A stretch of 64,000 nt of DNA from Schmidtea polychroa (GCA_044892525.1 CM097885.1:236470001-236534000); one strand, 5' to 3'; shown: positions 1 through 24,523, counted from the stretch's first letter. The notes: generated from the sequence alone by a model not told the origin. A program made the numbers and translations.

Positions 1-571
1 CTAATAACTTCCAATTATAAAATATTGAACCACAAGAAATTCCATTTCAAGAGCCGATACCAAAGTCGAATGAATGCCAATAAATAAAATCAGATAAATT
101 ATTTAGAATGAATTCAGAATTTGTTAAATGGAATTTCGATAATATTAATGTCATTGAACTGAAACAAGTTCATTTTACTAAATTACTAAATTACTAGAGA
201 ATCCAATCCAATTATCAATTAACCGGATAATCGAATATTTTTAGAAGTTTTCGATTAACCGAATAATAGTCTTTTTTAACGGTTACTTGATTTTTTTATA
301 GTTGAAGCAACGAAAATTTATTCAAATAAAAAACAGACGTATATTTTTAATATTTTTTATTTAACCAAGTAGGATTCTGCAATAAATGTTTCTATGGCAA
401 CAATGTGTTATATAGTGGTTTTCATGACAATATTCATAGATTTTTTTGATTTTGTTAGCGTTATTTTATTTGTTCTTATTTATTTAATTTAGTTTTGTAT
501 TATTACTGCTACGTGTTTGTGGTTAACAACATTATACATATTAATCATTAATTAATCAATACTCATATTAA

Positions 572-1077
572 ATGTCGAATCAAAAGTCATTAGTTTGGCC
601 ATATTTTACAAAGCTGTCGAAATATAAATATGATACTTGTGGGCAAATAATACAATGTAGTGGTGGAACAACCACTGAAATTATGAATCATTTAAAGATT
701 CATGACATCAATCTTCAAAAAAGAAATTTATCTGATGAAGTTGGAAATGACAAATCATCTTCAAAAATTAAACCTTTTAAAATTTGTTAATAGAGAATTA
801 TAAAATGAAATTCTCGCAAAATACGCTGCAAAAGATGGGATTTCTTTCCAGGCTATATCAAAATGTGAAGCAATAATAGGCTTTGTAAGAAATAGAAACC
901 TAAATATGCCAAACAGTGCAACAACTGTAAAAAAATGTAATGGATTTTTATGATGAAAAAATTGCCGAAGTCCAGAAAGAATTACAAATTTTGAAAAAAG
1001 ATGGCTGTAAATTTAGCATTACAGTCGATAAATGTACTGATAATCGCGTAAGAAGATTTATGAATGTCACAATTTAG
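572..1077 (+). mobile_element. Degenerate hAT-type transposase 5' fragment (BED zinc finger plus start of catalytic domain)
   Basis: ORF 572-790 reads SLVWPYFTK..C..IIQCSGGTTTEIMNHLKIH (BED finger pattern). Out-of-frame continuation reads FSITVDKCTDNRVRRFMNVTI at about 1012-1075 (first catalytic Asp region). TAACCG-type subterminal repeats lie at about 220-290. Confidence 0.75.
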
Positions 1078-1357
1078 TAAATTACATAAACAGAATTACT
1101 ATACATTTGTTTTTACCACTTATTAGTTATCTAGTTATTTGTGATTAATTTTGAATAAATTTCCGATAGTAATTGCATAATCATAGAAAGTTCCTGAGAT
1201 GTTTCAGACAATTAGGCTGTCTCACTTTTATAATTAGTTTTTGTCATTGATTATTTGTGACTCTGAAACTTCAATCCAAGAACTACAAACTTGCAATTAT
1301 TTCTTTCTTGTGCTCCACAAACGTCTTTGAAAAAATCAGGATATTGACTATGTAAAC

Positions 1358-1603
1358 CAGTGGTGGCCAACCCAAATCAATCGAAGGGCCAATTTTCGGA
1401 AAAATACTATCACGTGCCACAATAAATTCATTTAAATAAATATAACTCGTTTATACGATTCAAGTAAACTTAGAATCAATTTTTTAAATTAAAAACATGC
1501 TTAATTCGAATATGAATTCTAAAAGACAATTATTGATTTGATGTTTAAAATTGTGTCCGGGCCACATCCAAACGCTTCGCGGGCCACCGGTTGGCCATGG
1601 CTG
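1358..1603. mobile_element. hAT (Charlie-like) MITE, 246 bp
   Basis: TIRs CAGTGGTGGCCAACC / GGTTGGCCATGGCTG. Perfect 8-bp TSD ATGTAAAC at 1350-1357 and 1604-1611. Confidence 0.93.
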
Positions 1604-1858
1604 ATGTAAACCAATGTTTAATTCCACATTATATCACTAATTATCAATGACATGTGCTTTTGGAAGGTTGATGTTGCAGTAGCCCTTCTATAAAGCCTAT
1701 AAATCCTATAAATGCAAAATCGCTTTTTTAAATTTACTTTCCTCATCAAATACAACTTGATAATAAGCATTTCCCAAATCAATCGATGAAAAATATTCAT
1801 GAAAAATTAAGAATTGATAAAAATTGATAATGACAATAAACAATAAATAGAACAAAAA

Positions 1859-12066
<10,208 letters not shown>

Positions 12067-12684
12067 ATTAAACAGATAAATAAAAAATATGCGAAATGAA
12101 AATTAGCAACTATAAACAAATTTGATGTTAGATTTAAATAATATTTTCCTTACTTTTATTTTGTAATATACCCGAAAATTATGTTATAAAAACGTTAAGT
12201 TATTTAAAGATAAAATTTAAAATACAAAGATTATGAGAAATATTTAAATATAACGTAGAGTAAATAAAAAGTAACTAAGATTTTCAGTTATTTAAAACAC
12301 ACTTTACATTAAAATTGACAAATTACAAATAGAAGTTTTTAAACTAAGTGTATTCATGCAAACTTTAAAATAATATACTATTTTTGCTCTTAAAATTATT
12401 TTTATTGAATTTCCTGTATTAAGAATAGAAAGATTACAATTATATATTATTTTTAATCAATTCAAATTTTTTGTGAACATTGATGTAAAAAGACTATGGT
12501 AATAAAAGTTTTCTAATATATTAAAAAAATGTATTGATAAAAATTGTAAGGGAACATTTTTTCACCTTCGTGGCTTATAATGCACATCAAAATTAAATAA
12601 TTGCTCTGACTCAAATATAATTAGTCACGACATCAGTCGAAATAAAATATGATCAGACCACAACTGTGACTAGTGACGTTGGTT

Positions 12685-13155
12685 TAGGTTGCCAGATTTT
12701 CACCAAGACAAACTGGGACGTCTGGCAACCATAGGTAACTATATAAAAAATTAAAATAATAAACCAAGTATAAATATAAAAATCAATAAACTCACATATT
12801 TTAAAATAATTTAATAGCTTTAAATATTGTAAATAAAAAAGTAACTTTCCCACGACGGCCACAGATTAAATTAAACAAAAACAAAACTTAACCATCTGTC
12901 ATTCATAACAAAAACAAACTACCCAACTGGAAAAGTTTCATATTAAAACCCATCGAACAAGAAAGCTAATTCGAAGTATAGAAAAAGTGTGATAAATAAA
13001 CGAAACTTTGGAGGCAGTTTTCCTCCAAAATTTTTAATTTTGTTTGCAATATTGCAATGCAAAAAACCGAGACAATTGAGCGTCCCGAGGACCTCTTTCG
13101 GGTCACCAGGACAATGATCTCAAAACCAGGACAAACGGGATGTCTGGCAACCCTA
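12685..13155. mobile_element. hAT MITE with TAGGGTTGCC-type TIRs, 471 bp
   Basis: TAGGTTGCCAGAT / TCTGGCAACCCTA. 8-bp TSD CGTTGGTT at 12677-12684 and 13156-13163. Confidence 0.9.
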
Positions 13156-13189
13156 CGTTGGTTAGGAAACTCGAAAATAAAGTTGAACA

Positions 13190-14900
13190 CATCTAATATA
13201 CCTAACATACCCACTCCTTCGATACAATGTGCCGATAAAAGGAATACTCACACTCTGTTAGAAAAGTCCAACTTAAATATCTCACACAATCTCATATTAT
13301 TCCCAAAAAAGTTTGATACGAATGGAAAATATTACGTTCTGAGAACAATAGTTATAAATCCTTAATATATATTTATATCCTCTTTTTATCTCCGTAAACA
13401 GACATTTTCCAAACCAAGATGACCAAAGAAACTGAGTGCACTTTCTATATTACTTTCTCTTTTTGCTTTAGGCATCACTAGCGTGTAGACTACTTTTTCT
13501 TAGAAATATAGTAAATCACATCTTATTTAGAAATTTTTGCACAGAAAATTACTTGAAAATGTGGACTTTTGTCTTCTATTGGAGTTTAAATATCATTAGT
13601 GATTCTTCCTTTATATATTTAATAATTTTCTGAGTAATACTTTCTCTTTGTAGCAATCATTATTAATTAGTAGATTTGTTGCAATTTTAATTTAAAATAA
13701 ATTCATGCAATTCGCAATACATAAGTCGGGTTAATAACAAGAAATTCTAGTTCATTTCATTTTTAAATTTTAATAAATTATATAGTTTTACTCTTCTTCA
13801 TTTTTAAGAATGTCAATTGAAGGTAATCACAACACTGGTGTCAGAAGAATGACTGACGAAACAGTTATAAAACAAGTTATAATGCCAGTTTTTCAACAAT
13901 GACTTTAGGTGGTTTCAGCACGTAGATTCCAACTCTCAGATATCAATAACGAAAAAACTAAGTACTTCCATTCACTTACCAATCTTCCTCCACGAATATT
14001 AGAAAAACATGATGATTCAATGGTTAATTCAAAATCCCTCTGACAAAGTGGCTCATCTGCGTGATCTTATGGCAAGCAGTGGCAAAGATAAAACGGTAAT
14101 TCATTTGGCTTGCAAAACGTTCAACTGCATTTCAAGAAGCAAAGAAACTTTACTGAGATGATCTCACCAAACGCAAACCTGAAATTTTTAATAAATACTA
14201 ATGTTTCAAATATTGATGTTGGAGCCAATTTGAATCTCCGCAATAAAGAAGAAAGACTACAACATGCATAATTCTTTTCTAAGAAACCGAGAGTATAGCA
14301 AAAAAGAAATAATCCCCGCTTGATCTAAAGTTATGGCGATATATCTTTCAATCAAAAACTTCAAACATCATCTAGACGGAAATACAATCGAACTACTCAC
14401 TGACTACCTCTTCTGAACATAAATTCATTCAAAATACCACCTAATTGTTAATGAAGATGGATAGAATATTTAATATCAGAATCCAATATATACGAGGTAA
14501 GAGTATCAAATTGCAGATTGTTTATCATGACAGATAGTCAGAGGATGCTGAAATTAATATATCAGCAGTATTCAGGTCAGTTCTCATCAAATTTAAGAAG
14601 AATGAAAACTTTCTTAAATAATCAGAAGTCACATCTTTCAAAACGCAAATAACGAATGACGGGGTTCTTGTCGACATTACCGCGAAAAGCAATAGGATAA
14701 TCTTGGTTGAAATTAATCGATTCGAAGAATTTAAAAGGCTTCACAACATTGCCACCCTAGAGCCAACGTAGCAATCAAATCTATCTCAATTAAGTATATA
14801 TGTATCCTAAATTGAGATGAATAGTAAGGCAGTGGGATAAGTCCTACCTAAATTGTCAAAGGGAAAAATCAGAAATAAAACAGTTACTTGACCTAGGAAA
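13190..14900 (+). mobile_element. Highly decayed Ty3/Gypsy pol remnant (RT/RNase H)
   Basis: Broken frames read NTNVSNIDVGANL (TDASxxGVGAVL-like) at about 14195 and AIYLSIKNFKHHLDGNTIELLTDY at about 14335-14407. Boundaries are approximate. Confidence 0.7.
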
Positions 14901-14999
14901 ATTTAAGGTCATTTATGTCGATATAAACATTTTAATTCATAAAAATCAGACTTTTTTTCTTCATACCCAACAAATATTTTATCTTCGCACTTTAACATT

Positions 15000-15500
15000 T
15001 CCTTTCATTTCTCAGATGTTCTTGTATAGTTTTTAATGAAAATTTGATAATTATTGCAAAAGTATCATCAATTCGTAAATGGCTTTAATTTTGTCTGGGT
15101 CTCCTTTTACTCTTTCAGCATTAAATATGTTTCTTAAATAATTAACTTCAGTTTTAAGAAAAAATCATTTTTCAGGATCTCATCTTAATCCTGCCTCTTT
15201 GATTATATGTAACATCTTTTCAATTTTCTGATTATGTTTTATAGTTCTCTATAATATCAATATATCATCTATATATAATACCCTGCTCAATCAATTTTCT
15301 TTTCTTTATTTCATGCTCATAAGTTTTTGAAATGTTCTAGTAGGTAAGCGAAATCAAAAAGTCGTTTTTGTAAATTCAAATTATCTAAATTTTGTGATTA
15401 ATGCTGACTTTTATCTCTTTTTTCTTGATTGATATGTAACTCTAACCCCACTTACCTTTTGTGGAGCTCAAGGTTTTCTGTTTCCTCTAGCTCTTTGATT
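15000..15500 (-). mobile_element. Decayed Ty3/Gypsy RT remnant
   Basis: The minus strand reads VLYIDDILIL (about 15250-15280), preceded by a PTRTFQKLM-like motif. Many stops. It may extend as gag-like DNA to about 17150. Confidence 0.65.
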
Positions 15501-15805
15501 TGACCAAAAGTTGATCCTGTATGGATAAGCTTTGATATCCCTTTCAACATCTTTGTTCTATAAACTTTTCATGATACGGAAATTGGTGAGAATAATAATA
15601 ACTATCATTTTCATTTTGTTTCCACAGAATATACACGGGGTTAAAATTTCAAATCTATTTTTCCTGTCTGCAGCCATTCATCGAATAAGTAATTCTCTTA
15701 TAATATCTAGTTCAATATCATTTGAAAAAATAACTTTATAATAATTATCAAGTTTGTTTCTTGAGCCTTACTTTCTGCTATTTGCTCATTTGACTTACTT
15801 ACACG

Positions 15806-15916
15806 TAGGGTTGCCACCTCAGATCTGGGTCTCGCCCGGAGACAATAACCTGGACCCCGAGATAACTCACTAAAACCCGGAGTTTCCGGACCAAAACCGG
15901 TGAGGTGGCAACCTTA
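15806..15916. mobile_element. Short hAT-type MITE remnant
   Basis: TAGGGTTGCCACC / GGTGGCAACCTTA TIR pair; no matching TSD. Confidence 0.55.
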
Positions 15917-17469
15917 GTCTCTGCAGTATAATTAATAGAATAGAATTTCTATCAGCCTATTAAAATCTGCATCAATTTAATTACGTGTAAAGTAACTATC
16001 AATATAACTTACCATTTATCATCAATCAACACGGAACACGGATTATCAAACTAGACTAGACTATCATCAATTTAGCACTGGCTAAACAGATACAAAAGAT
16101 ATTCTATCCACATGCTTTTGCGTGTCGTGCTAATATGAACAGTGCAATCGAATATGCGCGTCGATCGTCTCCGCAGTAGCGACGTTTTGGCGTGAAAGAG
16201 TGTTAGTTGTAATGGCTGCCGTGAGATGGAGTTGACATAGTTTTGTGTATATTCAATTTTACTTACGTCGTCCGGAGATAACTCGTTGGGATATAACTCG
16301 CTGAAACCTGGAGAGGTGACAATCTTACTTACACAACGGTTATTCATTAAATGATGATGCCGCATTGGTTTGGGAAAAAATTGTATTTTAATTCCTGAAC
16401 CGGATTTTATTTTTTTTCTACAACTTCCAACCAAATTACGTTTTAATCAGCTCCTGTAAACGTATTATTTGATTTCTAATGTGACAATTTGTCATTGGTT
16501 TATTCCTTATTTCTTCTAATCTGCAGTTTGAAATAACTGTCCTTTCATGTTTGTGTCACTTTTCTTCCGATCGATTTAGCTCCATCTCGAATGATGAAAC
16601 TAGAATACTTCTCCTCAATCGTTGGTTTTCTTCTATATTCACTTATCATTTTTGTATTTTCTTCATCAACCATTTCCTACTTCGATTCCATTTATACAGT
16701 GTTTTTTCAACAACACTCTCTCTATATGTTCTGATTTCTTGCAGTAATAAATTTAAATTATTGGGCTTCGAGCAAAACAGCTAAACAGTTTTCCCCACAT
16801 TGAAGAAACTCCTGTTGATTAGTGTTATATGTACAAAACCTTGAAATGTTGCCTAATTTCTCAAATTATAAACAACCTTTATTAATCCTTTCTGTATTTT
16901 TGACTCACAGAAATGTGCAAGATAACTAATTTTTTCACATAACTTGTCTGCATTTTTCCAACAGATTACACATATTTTCGACATAATGATTGTCCAATTT
17001 TATCGGTTTTTTTTTCACTGTCAATTTCTTTAACCATATCTTCATCATAATGTCTCGAAAATAAATCAAGTTCTTAATTTGCATTCAAATATTGATCATT
17101 AAATATTTGGATCATATCTTTTATAGACTCAATGTGTTTCCGTTAAAAACCAAAAAAAATTCCAAAACAAAAAACTCCCACTAAAGGTCATGTTCCAATT
17201 TTTGCGAGCTACAACATTTTTTTTACCGAAGAGGAAGGGGGTTGTGTGAAAAAGAGCCATTTATTACTTACTGATCTGCACTCTTTATTTATATATAACC
17301 CGAGGAACAAATAACCTGTTTGTAAGTATTATTTTTCTTGATTTTGCAGTAAAAATTACATTTATTTTGGCTAGATTACAGATGTTCAATTTTTGAACAA
17401 ATTATTTCTTTCAAGATTCAGTTTTACTAATTATTAATCATGTACAACACTAATAATGAACATATAATC

Positions 17470-18600
17470 CTATATCTACCAAATAAATAAATTATTCAAA
17501 AACTGTATATTTAGATAGCATCACTATTATCGTCAGGTTACCTACATTCACGAGGGATGAATAACTATACGATATTGATAATTTATAAAACAAATTATTA
17601 AATTTATAAACTTTTAAATTATAAATAATAATTTTAACTCGACTATGTATCAGTGAATATATCGATGTTTTCAAATTCACGAATTTTCGACACTGCCTTT
17701 TTAAAGTGAAACAATTATCACATTTTTTGATAAGATTTTAAAATTAGACATTCCTAATTCTCTCATACGACATTTATTATTATCCTTAATATTGAACACT
17801 CCCTTCTGTCGACAATGTTCTTGCACTTGAGTACAGAAATGACGGGAAGTCTCTCCAATGTATGTGGCATTACACCCATTAAATATAAATTGATAAACGA
17901 GATCTAAACACAATTCAACCGGAGTTTGAGATTTACTAACAAACGTACTACGTACTTTACACGATTTTGAAACAATTCTATAATTCAATTTACCAAGTTT
18001 TTTACCTATATTTCTTTTGTAATCTTTACATTCTTCCGAATACGGAAATACCATCGTATATTTTGGCTCATCTTGTTTGTTAGTATCAATACTGATATGC
18101 ACTATATCATTCGACATATCAGTCAATTTACATGCATACTACGATCCTTATCATCATTCATACATTTATCAACAGTCACTTTCAACATTAACAATAAAAC
18201 CCGTTTTGAGTAACCATTCTTCATCAGTAATTCAAATAATTTATCTACACTTTTTACTGAGCTTTTAAAAGTGGAAGATAAGCACCATAATTGATAAGCC
18301 AATCATTTCACCATATTTCTCTTATATTTAAATTCACAAAAAACTTTCTGAGTAGTATAGAGACCAGTATTTGTTGGTTTTCTATAAATCTTAGTCTCAT
18401 ATTTTGTTTGTCATTTGTTCATACCATTCATTATTAAAAAGAAAATTAACTTTGGAAGTTGTGAACTCTAAAAGCTTCCTAAATGCCCAACCATCACATG
18501 TATCATGCGCATCAATATTTTCATTCCATAATTCACAACATAAATTGATTGATTTTCTCAAATTGCTGTTTATTTGTTTTCTATTTCAGCAACATCATTT
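17470..18600 (-). mobile_element. 5'-truncated Penelope-like retroelement (RT C-terminus, GIY-YIG endonuclease, 3' terminal repeat)
   Basis: ORF 17701-18126 has LVYQFIFNGCNATYIGETSRHFCTQVQEH (GIY-YIG). The upstream broken frame has TKIYRKPTNTGLY, a typical PLE RT thumb motif. Confidence 0.88.
17676..17710 (-). ncRNA. Minimal type I hammerhead ribozyme motif, degenerate copy A
   Basis: TTCAC-TTTAAAAA-GGCAGTGTC-GAAA-ATTC-GTGAA at the end of the GIY-YIG ORF. Helix I TTCAC/GTGAA; G5 is mutated. Confidence 0.6.
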
Positions 18601-19964
18601 ATAATTAAAAAAATTTAATTATTCATTTTCCAATTTAATATTTTTATTGAATTTCAAATTCCATACATACAGTAAAATTGAAATACAAAACCTATGAAAC
18701 CGAAACAAAAGTCATGCTAGAATGAATACCAAATAAAAAAATAAAAACTATCAATTGAATTTCAATACAGACTAAACTGCCGCGAAAGTTTAATAAGTTG
18801 TTAGATTTCCGGAAATCAAATTAAGTCATTTTCCTGTTTTCTATATTAAAATATATAAATCAACTGAAATTGGTTTTTAAATTTTTATAAAATTTAGTAA
18901 TGTTAGTTGTCCTTTATATTTTTTGTTCACTTTTCACCTGTTTTGTTTTCATTTAAATTTTTAAATCAAATTTTTAGGGTTAGAAAATAAAGTTTCACTG
19001 AGTACATTTGAAACTTTACCTAGTTAATATAGTTTATATCCTATTATAACTTTCGAAAATAGATATTAATATCACAGTGATATTCTAATTACAAGAAATA
19101 AATTATGAAGTCTTCTATGAATATAATCGTCCTTATTTTTCCAGTAGCCTTATACGACATCGGTAGATTATTACTAAACTTAAAAAAATTAGAGGGGTAC
19201 AGATCCTTTTCCAATAATTTTAGCCCTGGAGTTGGTCGAATATTTCCTTGTCAAAAGATGTCTAAATATTGAAACATGTAACATTACCCCAGTATGTGTT
19301 CAAGGGTAATTCATTAATTCAAATAAAAACTCAACAGTCCTTTTAACTGTTACCTTCAGTTAATGGTGAGAGAAAGAAAAAATAAAAGATTTTATTAATG
19401 GAATATTTTAAATAGAAAAAAGTCATTCACGGCTTATCATGACAAAAAGAATTTTGAAAAATCGAAATTCTTAATTATTTTAAGAGAAAACACAAATTTA
19501 ATTTTTATTTACTTGAAATTCCACCGTTGGTGATTTTGTAAATATCTCAATCTAATATATCATTTTCATCAAGTGCTTTTTAAACTTAAACCCCACTTAA
19601 AACTGAATAATAAAAAATATGAAAATGAAACGAAGATAGATATCTTTTATTTCCTTTTTAGTTTCGATCTATTGAAGAAAAATAAATTTCAAGAAAAAAA
19701 TTAAAAATTAAAAACAAATAAATGAAATTATTAAAATTTTAAAAAATCAAATCAAAAAATTAAAAAGAGGTTTCAAATTAAAATTTTATTGGTGAAATTT
19801 ATTTACATAATATTTGCTAAAAGAAGATTTAATTTTGTTCAATATACGATTGATTCATAAAATATTTTATTAAAACCAAATAATTCCCAAATAATATATG
19901 TGGAGAATCTATTTAATATAATTAATATCCTGAGCAATATTATCATTTAATTTCAATATGCCAC

Positions 19965-22900
19965 CAGGGCCTTGCCTGGGTATATGGCCGCCTGTGTGGT
20001 AGTATCCATGGCCGCCCTTTGAGATAACATCAAAATCAAAGAAAAAAATCACATTTTCATTCTTAATGTTTAGTATTATACTTATATATCTAATGTACAA
20101 ATACATATTACCATTGAATATAAAACATTAATATGTTTTGGCACATCTATAAATCTATGATATTACAATCAAAAATTTACTCTACGCGATTTTTTAGAGG
20201 CAAATTCTTCAATCGCCCCTTCAATATTTAAGGAATCAGCAATTTCACTTTCAATTGCAATAACTGATATATTACTGAGTCATTGAAGTTCTCAGGTGGT
20301 TTTTGATTATTTTTAAATTTGACAAACTTCGCTCTCAAGATGCAACAGATACTGGAACTGTCAGTAAAAGTTTTAAACTTGTGGCGACATTTGGAAAAGA
20401 AGTCTCCAAGTTGTATTTGTATAAAAACTTTATGAGTTCTTCGGGCTGCTTTCTGTCTTTTATGATAATTTTTAGAGAAATTAACTCTTGATATAATTCT
20501 ACGCCACTGATATCACAAGATTCACAATCTTTAAATTTATTATGGAGATCGAAACAACTTTTTTTTATTTCCTCATGTTCCATATCAATAAATTTGTATA
20601 GAAATCCAAAACATTGTTCGAAATTTGACAAAGTTTCAAAACGGGTGGTAAGAGATGAAATAGCTGTATCTAGTATTTCATTGAAAAAATTTATTTGAAA
20701 ATGTTCTATTGGAGTAAATTGGATATCTTCATCTTCTTCATAGCTAAATTGTTTTCGGTGATGTCGGCGACGTACACTAATTTCAGCAGGAAAATCCGGT
20801 TATGTTTCAAGTGCTTTACAAAGTTCATTAAAAATCTGCAAATAATTTTCGAAACTTTCGTCATTATCAAATGCTTTTGAAAAATTTCAAAACTTCCTTA
20901 ATTGATTCAGCACACGAACTGATATTCCAAGAAACTTTCTGCATCATTTTGCTAATAAAATCTACCTTTTCCAAGATTTCGTACCATATTATTATTGAAG
21001 AAATAAATTTATAAGATTTAAGTCTCATTGCCAAACATTCAGCTTCATGTCGAACTGTTTTGGCATTGAAGATTCCTCAGATATTTCTATAAGGCTGTCA
21101 TAAATTTCACCTAATTCATTTCGCAGTGGTCTAATCGCTTTAATTCTTGCTTCCATCGAGTTTCACTAACTTGTTTCAATGTTAAAGATTTTACATTTTG
21201 CTTTAAAACTTGCCATCTAAAATGGTGATCCACTGAAAAAGTTGTATATAGCAGATACATTACTGAAAAAATCCACCGTTGAAAACGAAACTTTAGCTGC
21301 ATCATTAATGCCAAATTTAATGTATGCGCGTTGCATGGCATAAACAGAGCTCGTGGATAATTGTCCAAAAATCGTTTTTGCAATCCTTTATGTTTTCCGG
21401 ACATATTAGACCCATTATCGTATCCCTGGCCCCTCATATCGTTAATATTTAATTCAAGATAGTTTAACTTTTGAATTAGGAGTCCTTAAAAAGATTCTCC
21501 AGTACATTTTTCAGCTTGATAAAAGCCAATGAAATTTTCTCTTACTTCAACTTCATAATTTTTAATATGTACATACCTAATAATCATTGTAATTTGCTCG
21601 ACATGTCCAGTGTTCGGTGTACAGTCCAAAATGACTGAAAAATATTTTGCCTCTTTTATTGATGTTAATATATATTTTTGAATTTGGGTTGCAAGGATAG
21701 TGATTATTTCATTTTGAAAGTGATTTCCCAGGTAATGTGGCACGTGGTTCTTTAAAGCGATTGGTTCTTGTACGCGTTTTATGTGGTCTGCCATTATATC
21801 ATCAAATTTTCCTATCATTTCAATTGCTTTCAGAAAATTTCCATTATTTTTTTCGTACAATTTGCTGGAAGAACCTCTAAAAGCTAAACGCTGTCTTGCT
21901 AGAAATTATACCACAGATATCATGCACCTGACAATTTGACACCATCGTTTTTTCTCGGCGTCATAATACCGTTGCATATTCTTATCAATTGTAGTTTTTC
22001 TTTTTAAATTTAATTCCAATTTTTTCCAACAGGTGCAATTTTCGATGTGCAGCGATGTTTTTTCGTGACAAAATAAGTTGTCAGATATGTGTTGCCAATT
22101 GTTGAAGCCTTCATTAACTAATTTTATTTCTTGTTTGCCAAATAATTTACAACAGAAGCAAAATGTGGCATCATTTTTTGGAGAATAGATTAACCACTCA
22201 CGATTAAATTTTTCACCATTTGGCAGTTTTCTATAGAAATAGACCTTTGAAAATGATCTTCCAAATTCATTTAGTTGATATGTAGATTGTATATTTTGAA
22301 TGGGGCCTTTTTCAATTAAAATATCCAGCATTTTATTGGTAATTGTTAAAGACCAGCAAGCTGGATCATTTAGTTCTATACACATAGCAAAATATTCTTC
22401 ATCAATTTCAGTGATATCGTCGATATTTGTAACTGCAATATCTCCTATTTCATCATTATTACTAATATTGTCATTATCATTTGTATTTTCGGCAGATAAT
22501 TCATTTTCATTGGAAAAAAATTCACTGCTTGGATTTGCTTGGCTACTGCAAGCATTTTGCATTTCTGGAGGTTTTTCCAAATATTTGGTTAGTGAACCAA
22601 AGATATTTTTAGCAACATGTTGTTTTTCTTCTCGCTTTCTTTTATACTGTGCTCCAGACAATCTTTTCGTTTTTCTTCCAGTCATTCTTAGGCCTTTTAC
22701 TAAAATGTTTAAAAATATCAATAAGGATTTATATTGAAATTAATTTATTATAGAATTAAATTCATTACCTTTTTCAACATTTTGTAACAAAGCGTTGGGT
22801 GAGGCGGTGAGGGAATCTGCACAAGCGCTTTCCGAGTTCGAATAGGGTTTTATTGCCATGCAGCTGAGACGCTTGCCCTGCTATAGACAGACGGGTAAAT

Positions 22901-23450
22901 CACATATTATAACACACACACGCGCGCTCCCAACTTACCTACAACCAGGTAGAGCAACTGAACACACGTGAAAGATGAATTTGCACTTGATTCTGATATG
23001 GCCTATGCCGAGCGCATGTGAGCGCATACTGGCGCGTAGAACCCGTAGAACTCAGTAAGGTTAAAATCAGTTAGAATAAAGAGAGATATACTCTGTTCAT
23101 CGTGGGTTAAAAAGAGTGTTCATCTCTCTTTATTCTTACATCACGGAGTTCTATTCGGCCACTGCGCCCGGATGCGCTCGCCAATAAGCGCACAGAATAA
23201 TATTCTGTGATAGGCGCAGCTGAAAAACAATTAGTACGCCATAGAGCGCAATGATAATGATTACAATTGACGAATTGACAACAACACTCAACTATTTGAC
23301 AATTTACTTCGATTATATATGACTATGACTATATATTAACATTGTTATTTTGCTTTTTAATTTTTTTTTGTTTTTCTGGTCGTCAGGCTGCCTTTTAATT
23401 TGGCCGCCTGCGTGCAGCGCACGTAATGAGCGCCGGTCAGGCACGGCCTG
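19965..23450 (-). mobile_element. Full-length degenerate hAT transposon (TTF zinc finger / ZMYM1-like, Tip100-type), 3486 bp
   Basis: TIRs CAGGGCCTTGCCTG / CAGGCACGGCCTG. Perfect TSD TATGCCAC at 19957-19964 and 23451-23458. Split ORFs show REWLIYSPKNDATFCFCCKLF, NNGNFL, YFSVILDCTP, RGQGYDNGSNMSG, CNAHTLNL, SETRW and FPNVATSLKLLLTVPVSVAS. Frameshifts and stops are present, with a probable short 5' exon and intron near 22770. Confidence 0.95.
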
Positions 23451-24138
23451 TATGCCACAAATATCTAATATGTAAATATTTAAAAATACATAAGCGTATA
23501 ACTTATTATTTATAGTGAATAATTTATAATAAAATTAATTAAAAAATGGCTTTGTATGAACGTATGAAACACTTTTTTATAATTCTAATTATAAAAGTAG
23601 AAAAATATGGTTTTCGCAACAGCATAAATTAAATACTATTTATCTGATAAATAATAAAATAAGTATTTTTAAGAAGTTTCAAAACTTAGCCCGAATTTTG
23701 AATGTTTGTTTCTGTTTTCTTCAAAATTAATTTTCTGCATTTCATTTGGATGTAAATTTACACTAGTATTCAGTAGAGTGCAAAGTATGATGCCGTTTTA
23801 CTTCATTTCGTTTTATGATTATTCATTTCTACAATATTTTTGAAATTATTTATTTTTGATTGTGTTAATAATAACCAATTAGTAATCTGCAAATATTTAT
23901 TAAATTAAAATACAAATACAAATTATTGCCTAAATCTGGTATTATTAAAACACCCGATTTAAATGGCGAATTAATTAATTAAATAATAATGCTAATTATG
24001 CGTGCCAGCATTTATAATTATTATACTTTTACTTATAATACAAAATATATTTTATTTATAAATTAATTATTTAAATATCCCTAACAGATTGTAATGTCAA
24101 ATATATCTCACACTAAATGATTATTGTATTGGAATCGA

Positions 24139-24139
<1 letters not shown>

Positions 24140-24221
<82 letters not shown>

Positions 24222-24307
24222 TGACAAGGACTATCGTATAGTCGAAAATTCTTTCATTAAATACATTATTTGCAGCAAAAGGCTTAAATTATCATTTTAT
24301 TGTTTTA

Positions 24308-24386
<79 letters not shown>

Positions 24387-24472
24387 TGACAAGGACTATC
24401 GTATAGTCGAAAATTCTTTCATTAAATACATTATTTGCAGCAAAAGGCTTAAATTATCATTTTATTGTTTTA

Positions 24473-24523
<51 letters not shown>
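24140..24523. repeat. Tandem duplication of a ~90-bp unit between three (AAT)n blocks
   Basis: Identical TTGACAAGGACTATCG...TTGTTTTAAAT units at about 24221-24310 and 24386-24474. Confidence 0.92.

Noticed and set aside
1..90. Possible last exon (IEPQEIPFQEPIPKSNECQ*) with AATAAA
   Set aside because: Too short and cut by the window edge.
388..401. X-box-like GTTTCTATGGCAAC
   Set aside because: Lies within the apparent 5' region of a hAT remnant, with no linked host gene visible.
22300..22737. 145-aa plus-strand ORF
   Set aside because: Antisense shadow of the hAT transposase.
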